64,000 nt of DNA from Candidatus Heimdallarchaeota archaeon. GTDB taxonomy: Archaea; Asgardarchaeota; Heimdallarchaeia; Hodarchaeales; Hodarchaeaceae. The notes under the pieces are model-generated. The model was not told the origin of the DNA, searched no databases, and saw nothing but the letters and a program-made list of their open reading frames with translations. How positions within the stretch are numbered: position 1 is the first letter of the stretch; each line of letters opens with the position of its first letter. The stretch spans positions 4,561,414 to 4,625,413 of the forward strand of contig CP070695.1 of NCBI GenBank assembly GCA_020353515.1, in the 5' to 3' direction. Position numbers and translations under genes: made by a program. Of this stretch, positions 7,692 to 17,593 are shown piece after piece.

Positions 7692-10600
7692 TTATTGTAT
7701 TAGAAGCTGACCTCCACAGAATGTACAGCCCTCCCGAGTAATTTCCAAAGGATTTACTAGAGCACCACATTCAGAACAAACCGTGAGTTCTTCATTTGGG
7801 GTATTTATTTCCAGAGTATTAACTTCTAATTGGCCATTTCCATTAGTGAATATTTCATTTGTCTCCAATTCTTGGAGTTCATCTTCAGAGATAATGGGAG
7901 TCTTCTCTAGCGGTTCTGTATCTTTTGATTTTAATGGTAGTATTTTAATAGGTTTGATTGATGGTTTATCTTGAAGAAGAATATCTAAACCCTGAGGCGT
8001 TACTTTTCTCCTTACAGGACTTTTTTGACTGATTTGCTTTTTAAATTTCACTCTAGGTTTCTTAACTTTTCTCTTAGTTCTTACATGCCTTTTTGGTTTC
8101 TTCTGATAATCTATTTTTTGTTCCTGACCTTGAGTTGTTGGTAGTTCACTTAAATCCAATTCGATGTTCGTCGTTTCAACTAATTGTTGAGCAGTTTTAG
8201 GATATTTTATCATCCTATCATAAATTCGACCGGGGCCAAAAATATCTTCTGTGTACTGCTTCATATCTATCAGTTTCATTAAATCCTCTTTCGTCGACAA
8301 CTCTCCAAGCATAAAACTAAGTGTGGCTATTGCATGCTTTACTAAAACTTCTTTTATCTTCTTAAATTCAAAATCAAACAGTTGATGAGGGATAACATGA
8401 TTTCCCTTGATATTCAACATTTGAACTCGTGTTCCAGGATCTACAGAATAACCGAGGTCTTTCAAAATATAGGCTGCTGAAACTTGAGGTAATTTTGATT
8501 TGTAAGCTCTCAACGGTTTATTGATCGCCTTGGGTTTAACAAAGTAGCTAGGATCCATTTTGCCCTCTGTCATTTCTGATCGAATCAGATTCGCTTGTCT
8601 ATCAGCATTTTCATATAATTGATTTAATGTAATAGGACTTTCGGGATTATAATGTTCTAAGTATGTGTTAATAATCCTTTCTTGAAAATATTTTTGCAGC
8701 TTTGAAAAATCTGCTCGTTTTGATTCCAGTCCTGTTAATTCCTTCTCAATCCAGGTATGGTTTTCTTGGTTGTAACTATAGACAATGTATTTCTTCTTTC
8801 CCATCATGAATTGGAAATCATAAGGCCCATCTTGCTCAAATTGGATAAGGCTTTTACTTGTTCGTTTAATTTTTTCAATTTCTCCGTTATTTATCCAATA
8901 ATTATCATTTCTTGAGAAAGCTGCAACACGATCATTGAGAATTTTATCAATAAGACTTATTTTGTAGACCTTTGATCCATTTCTGTTATGAGAATTTTCA
9001 ATTGTGACTGGAAAGTCTAAAGGAAATAATTTTGGTACCCAAAGCCATACTCCATCAGTATCTAACTCTACAACCAGTCCAATTTGTTCTAGTTGGTTCG
9101 CTGCCCAAAATATTAAATCAGCTGATAATTTCGTCGTAATGCCAGCACAGGGCATACTTGCATTCCTCACGCCTCCTTTCATACCTAGAAGGCCATAAAT
9201 ACTATTTAAAGGAACTTTCATACCAATTTGGGTACTTTCGTGGAATTTTTGTTGTCGTAGCAACCTTTGAGGGACTGGTTGATTATGATATTTCTGTGTA
9301 ATGATTTGTGAGAGTCTTTTAGCCTCAATCTTATGTCTAACCCGGGTATTGAAGAAATCGTCCATAATCCTTGCGACAAAATTGTAAGCTTTTTGACAAA
9401 CACGTGATCGAACAGACAGTAATATTGTTATTTTCTTAGTTCTTACATCCAAACTCAAAAATGAATTGTCTGGGAGCTGAATGTTCTCTGAAATATCTTC
9501 AAAGATGTCAAAATGATTTGTATTCAGCTTTGTTGTAAGTGTTGTCGCTTCAATTGCGTTGCGGAGCCATTGTTGAAGAGCTACAAACGGATCTTTCGAG
9601 ATATTTGATCCAAGATATGTGTGATTAACAGATACCTTTTCTAATTGTGATCCATTTTTGAGGATATAGGCTTCAGTCTTCTTCCCATCAAAGGTGAATA
9701 TTTCTCGAGACCGAGTGATACCATTTTGAATTGGTACATATTTTTTGCATTTTGCTTCATCCTGGGCTTTACAAACTGCACATTTAGCAGACCTAGTATC
9801 TTTAAAACGGCATGGTCGGTTTGCTGAAAGTTTAATAACCCAATCACCTTCAAAGAAACAACTGTTATCAGGTTCAACGAATTCACATACACGACACTTT
9901 GATATGGAAACTATACCTGATGGTTGAAGCTTGTATTGACGAATTTGAGATGGATACATTGATGTTACATCAACATGAACCCCTTTAAGTTGGGTCTTTC
10001 CATTTAAAGAAGATAGTTGGTCTATTTGAGCTAACACATCTTCAGCGACTTTTTCAACATTTATGGGATGATAGCTGGAGATTTCCTCTAAGATATCTCG
10101 GATAGAATTCAGTTGTCGAGTTAGTTCTTGATGTGGGGTTCCATTTTTTAAGAGCTCAACCTCTATTTCCTTTAAGAATCGTACTGGATCCTCTGAGTAT
10201 TCCACTTTCACTTCCCCCAATTCAGCTAATAGTCGTTTCTCAAATTCTTCTTTTATTACTTCTTTAGTTATTCTATTACTTTCTTTTACAATTACACCTT
10301 CAATGGTCTTTTTTAAGTTATCTAATACATCCTTGTTTACGGAATAATCGTAATAAAGATCACTTCGCCATATCCCTGGTCTTTTAGCCTCAACTAATCC
10401 CCCTGTGTAAGCTAATGACTCGATGACGACGCTAGGAGAAAAAGATGCTATATCGTTCTGTCCTATTCTCCTTCTTCCGATTATTTGATGTTTAAAATCC
10501 TCCGCATCAATTAAAAGGTCATCTAATGAACCTGCTCGTCGTGTTAATAATTCTGAAGCTGTAACTGGAAATATCTGGCCCATTGAAATGAAAAAATCAA

Positions 10601-11990
10601 GAACTATTTCTCGAACATATTTCCAAGTGATATACCCATCACAGCCTGCATAAGCAACGGCTGAGACTGGATCTTTTTTGATATTTAAGAGGATTTCTCT
10701 CCCTAAAGGTATTATTTTTAGCTTTTTCTCAACACTTGGTTTTAATCCAAGATCCTTTTTGGGTAGATAGCTATATTTTTCATTAAACAGGTATGCATCC
10801 AAATGGATAATTCCAGCACTAGTAACATGATCAATATTTGCTGATGAATAATATTTGTGTAAATCCTTTCTACTCAAGTTTCTTCCTTGACGAAATTTGA
10901 TTTCGAAACCTGTTTCTTTTTCTAAAGAAATTTTATACTTTTCTGAACGAATGGCGAGAAATGGGATATCAAAACGGCCCCCAAAGAAGTCTGTAAAAAC
11001 ATCTGGACGATAATCATCAACAGTTTGATAGAAGATTCGGATTAATTCTTTTTCAGTTGATACAATAATCACTTCTAACAGATACTTCTCGATTACATCT
11101 GTAAATTCCTGTACTGCTTCGGAGAAGACCCAATCAACCCAAGGTTTAGAATGATGTTCATCCTTTTGACGAAGGAGCATATAAAGATGTTTTTTTAGAT
11201 CTTTGGTATCAACTACTTTTGAATTAACAAGTAATTTGTTTTCGATTCCTGTAAACATTGATATCATTGATATTTGATCTTTATTAGGATTAGGATCACG
11301 TGTTTGCTCAAAATCGGTTTCAATATCAAATGCTAATATTTTTAAATGAGGAGGGGTTTTATTAGCTAATGGAGAAAGGTTTAGGATTTCTCCCCTGCTG
11401 ATTTCAGCAAGAAACCAGGCTCCAACTCGAACATCATGATCTATTGCACAACGATGATGAAATAACACATCAGCTTCACGCCATTCTTTTACTCCAGATA
11501 TTTCCTCGGTTTTTGTTCGGAGATTTGGAACTGATCCAGGACGATCCACGGTTACTTTAAGAAAACGATTTTTAACTAAAAAAGTCAGATTAGCTGCGTC
11601 ATAGTAATCACCACTCTCCACTCTAATTATCTGTTGGTCTCCAATCTCTCTGATTTGAGTCATTATACGATTGAGTTCTTCCTGTGACAATCCATCCTCA
11701 AGCAACAAGAAAAAGTAAGGTTCATGTCTTAAGAAAGCTTTTCTCTTCTGATGATCTTCATCTAGAAAATAAATTTGAATCCCATTAATTAGTTGCGATT
11801 TATTAAACTTTCTATTTTCGTACTGAGGATTGGTTTCATAAGTATCCTCCCATTGACTATGTGTTTCATAATCTAAAATGAAAATAGGTATTCTTTCACG
11901 TTCATTGTAACGAAATGGTTGGAACCATGATCTGTAGCCTGCATGAAAAGACCGTGATCGCGGTGTTTTTGACATAATACGTACCAGCAA
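7692..11990 (-). CDS. polB: Family B DNA polymerase, eukaryotic Pol epsilon (Pol2 N-terminal catalytic module)-like
   Basis: ExoI LAFDIET, ExoII GRFDIPFL, ExoIII YAGCD; Pol2-like SYLP, YTGGLVE..PGIWRSD, HVDVTSMYP..KLQP, LNSIYG, ELDTDGVW, ELTGLESKR; C-terminal CxxC..CxxC. The true start may be the ATG at 11975. Confidence 0.92.
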   Translation of the reverse strand: MLVRIMSKTPRSRSFHAGYRSWFQPFRYNERERIPIFILDYETHSQWEDTYETNPQYENRKFNKSQLINGIQIYFLDEDHQKRKAFLRHEPYFFLLLEDGLSQEELNRIMTQIREIGDQQIIRVESGDYYDAANLTFLVKNRFLKVTVDRPGSVPNLRTKTEEISGVKEWREADVLFHHRCAIDHDVRVGAWFLAEISRGEILNLSPLANKTPPHLKILAFDIETDFEQTRDPNPNKDQISMISMFTGIENKLLVNSKVVDTKDLKKHLYMLLRQKDEHHSKPWVDWVFSEAVQEFTDVIEKYLLEVIIVSTEKELIRIFYQTVDDYRPDVFTDFFGGRFDIPFLAIRSEKYKISLEKETGFEIKFRQGRNLSRKDLHKYYSSANIDHVTSAGIIHLDAYLFNEKYSYLPKKDLGLKPSVEKKLKIIPLGREILLNIKKDPVSAVAYAGCDGYITWKYVREIVLDFFISMGQIFPVTASELLTRRAGSLDDLLIDAEDFKHQIIGRRRIGQNDIASFSPSVVIESLAYTGGLVEAKRPGIWRSDLYYDYSVNKDVLDNLKKTIEGVIVKESNRITKEVIKEEFEKRLLAELGEVKVEYSEDPVRFLKEIEVELLKNGTPHQELTRQLNSIRDILEEISSYHPINVEKVAEDVLAQIDQLSSLNGKTQLKGVHVDVTSMYPSQIRQYKLQPSGIVSISKCRVCEFVEPDNSCFFEGDWVIKLSANRPCRFKDTRSAKCAVCKAQDEAKCKKYVPIQNGITRSREIFTFDGKKTEAYILKNGSQLEKVSVNHTYLGSNISKDPFVALQQWLRNAIEATTLTTKLNTNHFDIFEDISENIQLPDNSFLSLDVRTKKITILLSVRSRVCQKAYNFVARIMDDFFNTRVRHKIEAKRLSQIITQKYHNQPVPQRLLRQQKFHESTQIGMKVPLNSIYGLLGMKGGVRNASMPCAGITTKLSADLIFWAANQLEQIGLVVELDTDGVWLWVPKLFPLDFPVTIENSHNRNGSKVYKISLIDKILNDRVAAFSRNDNYWINNGEIEKIKRTSKSLIQFEQDGPYDFQFMMGKKKYIVYSYNQENHTWIEKELTGLESKRADFSKLQKYFQERIINTYLEHYNPESPITLNQLYENADRQANLIRSEMTEGKMDPSYFVKPKAINKPLRAYKSKLPQVSAAYILKDLGYSVDPGTRVQMLNIKGNHVIPHQLFDFEFKKIKEVLVKHAIATLSFMLGELSTKEDLMKLIDMKQYTEDIFGPGRIYDRMIKYPKTAQQLVETTNIELDLSELPTTQGQEQKIDYQKKPKRHVRTKRKVKKPRVKFKKQISQKSPVRRKVTPQGLDILLQDKPSIKPIKILPLKSKDTEPLEKTPIISEDELQELETNEIFTNGNGQLEVNTLEINTPNEELTVCSECGALVNPLEITREGCTFCGGQLLIQ

Positions 11991-12367
11991 CGAATAAAAT
12001 GGAAAGGGATAATGTAGCTACAAACTTATGAGGGGAGCTTTCAGGCGTTGATTCATCTTCTTTTAGACTCTTCGTAATCAGACGACGATGTTATCCTCTT
12101 TGCGCTTCTAAAATAAGAGATCAACAAATTCGGAAAAAACCCCTCTAATGAATCAAGTGTTATAATCTGACTTATCTCGATTTAAAAAGGTTCATGATAC
12201 CTCTTGGCTTTTATAAGGAAGATATATCTATGTAAAGTGCCTTTATAAACTATGATTTTAATTTTCTTCTTCATTCCTTCAACAGGTTTAGAAACTAACA
12301 AAAAACGAAAATAAATGATTATAGTCGGAATTTTTTGCATTAACAAAGTATTAACATAGGTGACATT

Positions 12368-14737
12368 GTGATTCAACCTAAAATTCCTTTGAAGTATAAT
12401 TCAAGTCATTTGACTCTATTCTTTACTAAAATCATAGACAAATTGGCCTCAGAAATCCCTTCACAGCTTGATGTTCCTAATCTGTTTGTTAACATATTTG
12501 GATCCCCTTCTTTTGACCAGAAAGAGGAAGGCAAGGTTGTAAAGATTAGCGCTGCATACTTATTGGTTACTCAGATTATTTTTTATCAAATCCTAAGTCT
12601 TAAACAAACAGATCTTCTTAAATTGGACATTGATTCTCTTAATCCTGATGTATTAACTGGTTGTTTTGAAAAAGCTTTAAGGATTACTAAAAATCCTGTT
12701 TTCAAACATAATATTGTAAAAAAACTAGATAATGGTACTTTCAGTATAATAAAGGGCTCTATAATAGATATAATTGAGTTAAAACCTGAATTGCTTCAAT
12801 ACGAGGTTTTAGCTTTAATTTTTAATTCATTAATCCCTAATTCCCTTCGAAAGAGGATTGGTGCATTTTATTCAGGATTTAAGACTGCTAAACTCTTAAG
12901 TCATTTTGCTATAAAAAAAGATTCGGTAACGATTTTCGATCCTGCCTGTGGTAGTGGAGCATTATTAGCCTCCTCTTACCAACGTAAAAAAGAATTAATA
13001 AAATTAAAGAAAGGTAAATTCACTGACGCAGATCATAGACGCTTTCTTTCTTCAGATATCACTGGAACAGATATCATGCCCTTTGCAATTCATCTTACTG
13101 CAATTCATCTTACCCTGCAAGCTCCATTTTGTGATGTTCAACAATATAAGTTGGCTATCCAAGACTCAATTTTATTAAATCCCACATCTAAACAACTGGA
13201 TCTAGATTTTATCGATCTTGTGATCATGAATCCTCCTTTTGTTAGACAGGAAAGTATGAGAAAAATCAGATCTTCATACAAAGAGGAAATATACCAAAAT
13301 TTTAAAGAATATTCACCACTTATCAACAAGAAAATGGGTTATTACTGTTATTTCCTTTTCCTTGCGGATAAATTTCTTAAATCAGGAGGAAAAATCGCAA
13401 CAGTCATTCCTGCAAGTTTTTTAAGGATTGATACAACGTTTAAAGTGAGGAAATGGTTACTGGAACAGTATGATATTCAGTATATTATCTGTCAGCAAGA
13501 TAAACCTAATTTTTCCGAAGATACTGCTTTTCGAGAAGTATTATTGATAGCTACGAAAAATGGTCCAACATCCGAGATAGAATATATTATTGTTAAAGAT
13601 CTTGAAACAACTGAATCTTTTGACAAATTTCCTGATTCTTGGAAAAGAAAAAAGGTGTTGTGTGATGATTTTTCCTCTACTAATCTCTTTCTACCTATAG
13701 CCACGATGAACAAATCTAATCTTCTTAAGATGTGGCAATTAATCTCAAACAGGAAAGATTTGATCTTGATTCATTCTTTTCAACGATCAATGAACTCTCA
13801 TCTCAAACGAGGTATTGAAACCACGGGAGGATTTAAGATCCAAAATCTGGTTATAAATGAAGGTAGATCCAGATACCTTCGTCCAACAGATATCTGGATC
13901 CACGACAACGAAACACCTAATCATGTGAATAGTCTCAATCGAAACTCTAACCTTCAAATTAGAATTCCTAAAGAGTGTCTTATTCCTCATTTACGTCGAA
14001 TGTCGGGCGAAACCAGGTTAGATGTCAGTAATAAGAAAGAATATGTAATTATTTCTCCATTTTCGCAATTAAGAGATTTTATTGACTTGAATGAGGATAA
14101 AACGAATATTCCAAGATTTAAAAAATGGAGAACCTACGTTGAAGAACGTACAACCAATCTTATGCTTGCACGACGTTTTGATATCTGTGCTTCAGGAACT
14201 TCTCTATTCTCTTTTTTCAGTAAGGACAAAAGAGCTCCACCTGGGGTTATGTGGAGTATTTTAAATTTACCCCCCGATGATGCTAAAATCATATGCTTAT
14301 TTTTTAATAGTACACTTAATATTCTTCAGATTTTTCTCAATAGGGTTGAAACTCGGGGAGCTTGGATGCAACTCCATGAATATGTTATCGAAGACCTAAA
14401 AGTCCCAAATATACGCAATTGGACTATTGAAGATAGGATCCCATTTTATGAATTATTTGATGAAATTAAGGATGAGGAGTTTCCTCCATTATGGCAGCAA
14501 CTTGCAATGAATGTCACAATTTCAGAAATAGAAAAGGAAGATTTATGTTTACTAGAAAAGCAATTCCCAAAATTAGCCCAAGTTGTTGGGAAACAGCATA
14601 GGTCCCGAAAGAAATTAGACACTCTTATCTTGGATAAATTAGGAATAAAAATGGAGATTAAAAAGGAATCTTTCTTACAAGAAATATATCTAAATCTTTT
14701 ATTAGAAATGGCTTTGTTGAAAAAACTGATGAATTAA
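12368..14737 (+). CDS. N6-adenine-type DNA methyltransferase with C-terminal target-recognition region (type IIG/Eco57I-like M+S architecture)
   Basis: RKRIGAFYS, motif I FDPACGSG, motif IV MNPPF. No recognisable nuclease domain. Confidence 0.88.
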   Translation: MIQPKIPLKYNSSHLTLFFTKIIDKLASEIPSQLDVPNLFVNIFGSPSFDQKEEGKVVKISAAYLLVTQIIFYQILSLKQTDLLKLDIDSLNPDVLTGCFEKALRITKNPVFKHNIVKKLDNGTFSIIKGSIIDIIELKPELLQYEVLALIFNSLIPNSLRKRIGAFYSGFKTAKLLSHFAIKKDSVTIFDPACGSGALLASSYQRKKELIKLKKGKFTDADHRRFLSSDITGTDIMPFAIHLTAIHLTLQAPFCDVQQYKLAIQDSILLNPTSKQLDLDFIDLVIMNPPFVRQESMRKIRSSYKEEIYQNFKEYSPLINKKMGYYCYFLFLADKFLKSGGKIATVIPASFLRIDTTFKVRKWLLEQYDIQYIICQQDKPNFSEDTAFREVLLIATKNGPTSEIEYIIVKDLETTESFDKFPDSWKRKKVLCDDFSSTNLFLPIATMNKSNLLKMWQLISNRKDLILIHSFQRSMNSHLKRGIETTGGFKIQNLVINEGRSRYLRPTDIWIHDNETPNHVNSLNRNSNLQIRIPKECLIPHLRRMSGETRLDVSNKKEYVIISPFSQLRDFIDLNEDKTNIPRFKKWRTYVEERTTNLMLARRFDICASGTSLFSFFSKDKRAPPGVMWSILNLPPDDAKIICLFFNSTLNILQIFLNRVETRGAWMQLHEYVIEDLKVPNIRNWTIEDRIPFYELFDEIKDEEFPPLWQQLAMNVTISEIEKEDLCLLEKQFPKLAQVVGKQHRSRKKLDTLILDKLGIKMEIKKESFLQEIYLNLLLEMALLKKLMN

Positions 14738-14907
14738 CTTTGTCCTATAAGTAGAAGAATTCATCTAATAGAATTAAAGAGAGTTTATGGGTGATTTATT
14801 GATAATATAAATAAAAATAATGAAATTCTTCCTACTTATTCGTAACTTTTATTAACTATTTATCTAATTTTCAAGAGGAACAGACAGAATAGGAGTCTCT
14901 TAATGAA

Positions 14908-15180
14908 ATGAGCTTTTGGGGTCGTCAGCTAGAAAAACATCGGACAGAAGTAATCGGAGCATTGGCTGCTCTTGTTCTTATATCTGCTGGATTAATTGTC
15001 CCTCTCTATATCCCCGATCAGTTACCTGAAGATCAAGCTCCTCCTGGATTTGAAGATACTACTTGGATTAAAAATCTTATTTCACTTCTTCTAATCGGAA
15101 TGGGTATTCTATGCTTTGCATGGCTATTTGTTATTCACCGATATATTATGCGAAAAAGTAAGAAAGATTATATGTATTGA
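14908..15180 (+). CDS. Small two-TM membrane protein
   Basis: Two hydrophobic helices, basic tail, AGGAG RBS upstream. Confidence 0.7.
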   Translation: MSFWGRQLEKHRTEVIGALAALVLISAGLIVPLYIPDQLPEDQAPPGFEDTTWIKNLISLLLIGMGILCFAWLFVIHRYIMRKSKKDYMY

Positions 15181-15275
15181 AACTATTTAATTTAACGAGT
15201 TAATTTTGACTTTTCTCAAAAGCAAATAAATAAGAAGTTCCTTTTCTATTTCCTTCCTAACAATTTTGAGGTAGA

Positions 15276-15677
15276 ATGATGCCGAAGCAGAAAGAGCCTG
15301 TTATTGTTTCTTCTAATGTGTGGGAAGTTCTTCTTGAAATCGAAGCTCTAAGGATGAAAGAGAGAAAATTAATTCGGAACCTCTGGTACGAATTGAAAGA
15401 ACAAGAACACCGGAAAATTCACCAAATGGTGTTTGAACAAGCTCTACAATCAAATTCTGCATTTCCTACTGTTTCTAAAAAAGAATTAAATGATTGGGTT
15501 TCTGAAAACATCACTACAGTCTTTATAACACTCATTGAACAAGGAGATATTATTGTTCAAGAGGAGGAACCAAGTAAGCCTCGCAAATGGTTGTCTCTAA
15601 GTGTGGAGAAAATTAAAAAGAAAGTTACTGAAACTCGTGAAAGAAGGTCACAAGAAGAAGAACAATCTTCGAATTAA
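15276..15677 (+). CDS. Hypothetical protein (possibly winged-helix-like)
   Basis: 133-aa ORF with a GAGGT RBS; overlaps the convergent MTase stop by 4 bp. Confidence 0.6.
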   Translation: MMPKQKEPVIVSSNVWEVLLEIEALRMKERKLIRNLWYELKEQEHRKIHQMVFEQALQSNSAFPTVSKKELNDWVSENITTVFITLIEQGDIIVQEEEPSKPRKWLSLSVEKIKKKVTETRERRSQEEEQSSN

Positions 15678-17587
15678 CTGAATTGTTTCCTAATTAAGCT
15701 TATTTCTTCTTCTTTTAGATCAAATAGTGTGTAAAAAAGTAGATCGAGTTCTTCCTCAGTCTGGTTTATCTCTTCTTTTAACAAATCATTGAGCGATGTC
15801 TTAAGCTTTGTCTTTTGAATTGAGGCCAACTGTTTATTTAAATCTAATAATCTATCAACTTTCTGTACAACAACTTCAACATTTTCAGTTGCTATAAATG
15901 GTAAATCTTCAATTTGTCTTGGATAATATTCATAGACAGCCCCCAACCTTTTCCCTTTAATCTTAAAGTAGAATTCACACAATTTTGAATTTAAATATCC
16001 TAATAAATAACATATATCAATTTCTTCTGTGGGGATGATTAAAACAATATCTTGAGAAAAATAACACCCTTTATTATCTATTGTGAAATTATTATGAACT
16101 GATTTATACGGTGTGATGATTTTTGGTTTTTTCCAGTCAATTGTAAATCTCTCATCCCCTTTTCTCCAATGAAACCACGTACTTACTCTTGCCCGATTCA
16201 TTACTTCTTCTTTATGTTTTAGGAAATACTTTTCTAAATTCGGAAAATTTGAAAGCTCTTTGATTGTTTTTCTATTTGACATTATAACATAAAGTTGAGG
16301 ATCTATTGAGCCAAAACGACTGATCTGACTATTTTTCAACCAATCTCTAAGGTTTTCTTTCTCAATTGAATATTTCTCTACTTCTCCTTTTGTTATAATA
16401 AAAACAGAGTCTTTACCTGTCTGAATACCTTTGCTTATTAGCGAATAATCTTTTAATTTGCCAGTAGATTTATATTCAATTTTATCCAAGAGAGCCTGAA
16501 TTTTTGTGTCAATAAAATACCACTTTTTCCCAGTTAACAGATTTTGTTTAACACAATACCTCTTGAAAAAGGGTGGTTCTAATTTCAGAGGAGGTTTGAA
16601 TTTTTTGCTTAGCTTATAGACAATAATCTTGTTTTTCTTCCTAGTTTTTTGAAAAGAGTAAATTGCTGTATCAATGTTAGCATCCTTAAATATTTTAAAA
16701 TCAGAGAAATCAATTATCTTCTGAATAGCAGTCTCTTTTAAGATATACTCTCTCAATTTCCTCGCTTTAAAAGCTTCCATTAAATATCTTGGAGAAATAA
16801 ATGTAATATAGCCATTTTTATTACTTAATTCGATTGCTTTCTGGAAGAAATAATAATAAATATCGTTCTTCCCTGTATAAACCTCACTATATCTCTTTTT
16901 GTAATATCTCCTCCTTTCTAAGTCTTCAATAATATTAATATAGGGGGGATTTCCTATAATAATGTCGAATCCTCCTTTATTCAAGATATCTTTGAAATTT
17001 TGTGACCAAATAAAGGCTTTATCACCTCTCAAATTTTCATCTTCAATTAAACTATCACCACATTTAATATTTTGTGATAAATCCATACTTTTTCTATCTT
17101 TTCTAGCAATCTTTGAATAGAGACTGAATTTCGTTTTTTCTATAGAGGATTCATTAATATCTACTCCATAGATGTTATTTTCGATTATTTTTCTAGATTG
17201 TTCATCGTCTACCCTTTTATCAAGATTGAATCTGATATGCTTCCTAGTTGTAAGCTTTTTACCCTTGATTTTCTCATAGTGAACTCCTAGATCTTTTACT
17301 AACCTTATTTCTTTAGCAATTTCGAACAGTAAATCGACTGCCTTAATTAGAAAGACTCCGTATCCACAGGCTGGATCTAATATCTTGATATGTTTTAATT
17401 TACTCTCAAGTTTTCCAATATCTTCAATATTTTCTAAGATTAGATCGTTAAGATTTGCTACACCTCCCTTTGAAAGATAGGGAATGATAGTATTCTTGCA
17501 AATGAAATCTGCGATGTAATTAGGTGTATAAAATACTCCCTCTTCTTTCCGCCTTTTTATTTCATCGTTGTCATAAACTACTCTCAT
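15674..17587 (-). CDS. N6-adenine DNA methyltransferase (Eco57I/TaqI-like, with TaqI_C-like TRD)
   Basis: RRKEEGVFYTP, ILDPACGYG, IYGVDIN, FDIIIGNPPY, C-terminal YLLGYLNSKL. Confidence 0.92.
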   Translation of the reverse strand: MRVVYDNDEIKRRKEEGVFYTPNYIADFICKNTIIPYLSKGGVANLNDLILENIEDIGKLESKLKHIKILDPACGYGVFLIKAVDLLFEIAKEIRLVKDLGVHYEKIKGKKLTTRKHIRFNLDKRVDDEQSRKIIENNIYGVDINESSIEKTKFSLYSKIARKDRKSMDLSQNIKCGDSLIEDENLRGDKAFIWSQNFKDILNKGGFDIIIGNPPYINIIEDLERRRYYKKRYSEVYTGKNDIYYYFFQKAIELSNKNGYITFISPRYLMEAFKARKLREYILKETAIQKIIDFSDFKIFKDANIDTAIYSFQKTRKKNKIIVYKLSKKFKPPLKLEPPFFKRYCVKQNLLTGKKWYFIDTKIQALLDKIEYKSTGKLKDYSLISKGIQTGKDSVFIITKGEVEKYSIEKENLRDWLKNSQISRFGSIDPQLYVIMSNRKTIKELSNFPNLEKYFLKHKEEVMNRARVSTWFHWRKGDERFTIDWKKPKIITPYKSVHNNFTIDNKGCYFSQDIVLIIPTEEIDICYLLGYLNSKLCEFYFKIKGKRLGAVYEYYPRQIEDLPFIATENVEVVVQKVDRLLDLNKQLASIQKTKLKTSLNDLLKEEINQTEEELDLLFYTLFDLKEEEISLIRKQFS

Positions 17588-17593
17588 CTTTTG

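Noticed and set aside
12182-12376. 64-aa minus-strand ORF between the polymerase and the first MTase
   Set aside because: AT-rich, no motif, and sits in a probable divergent promoter region.
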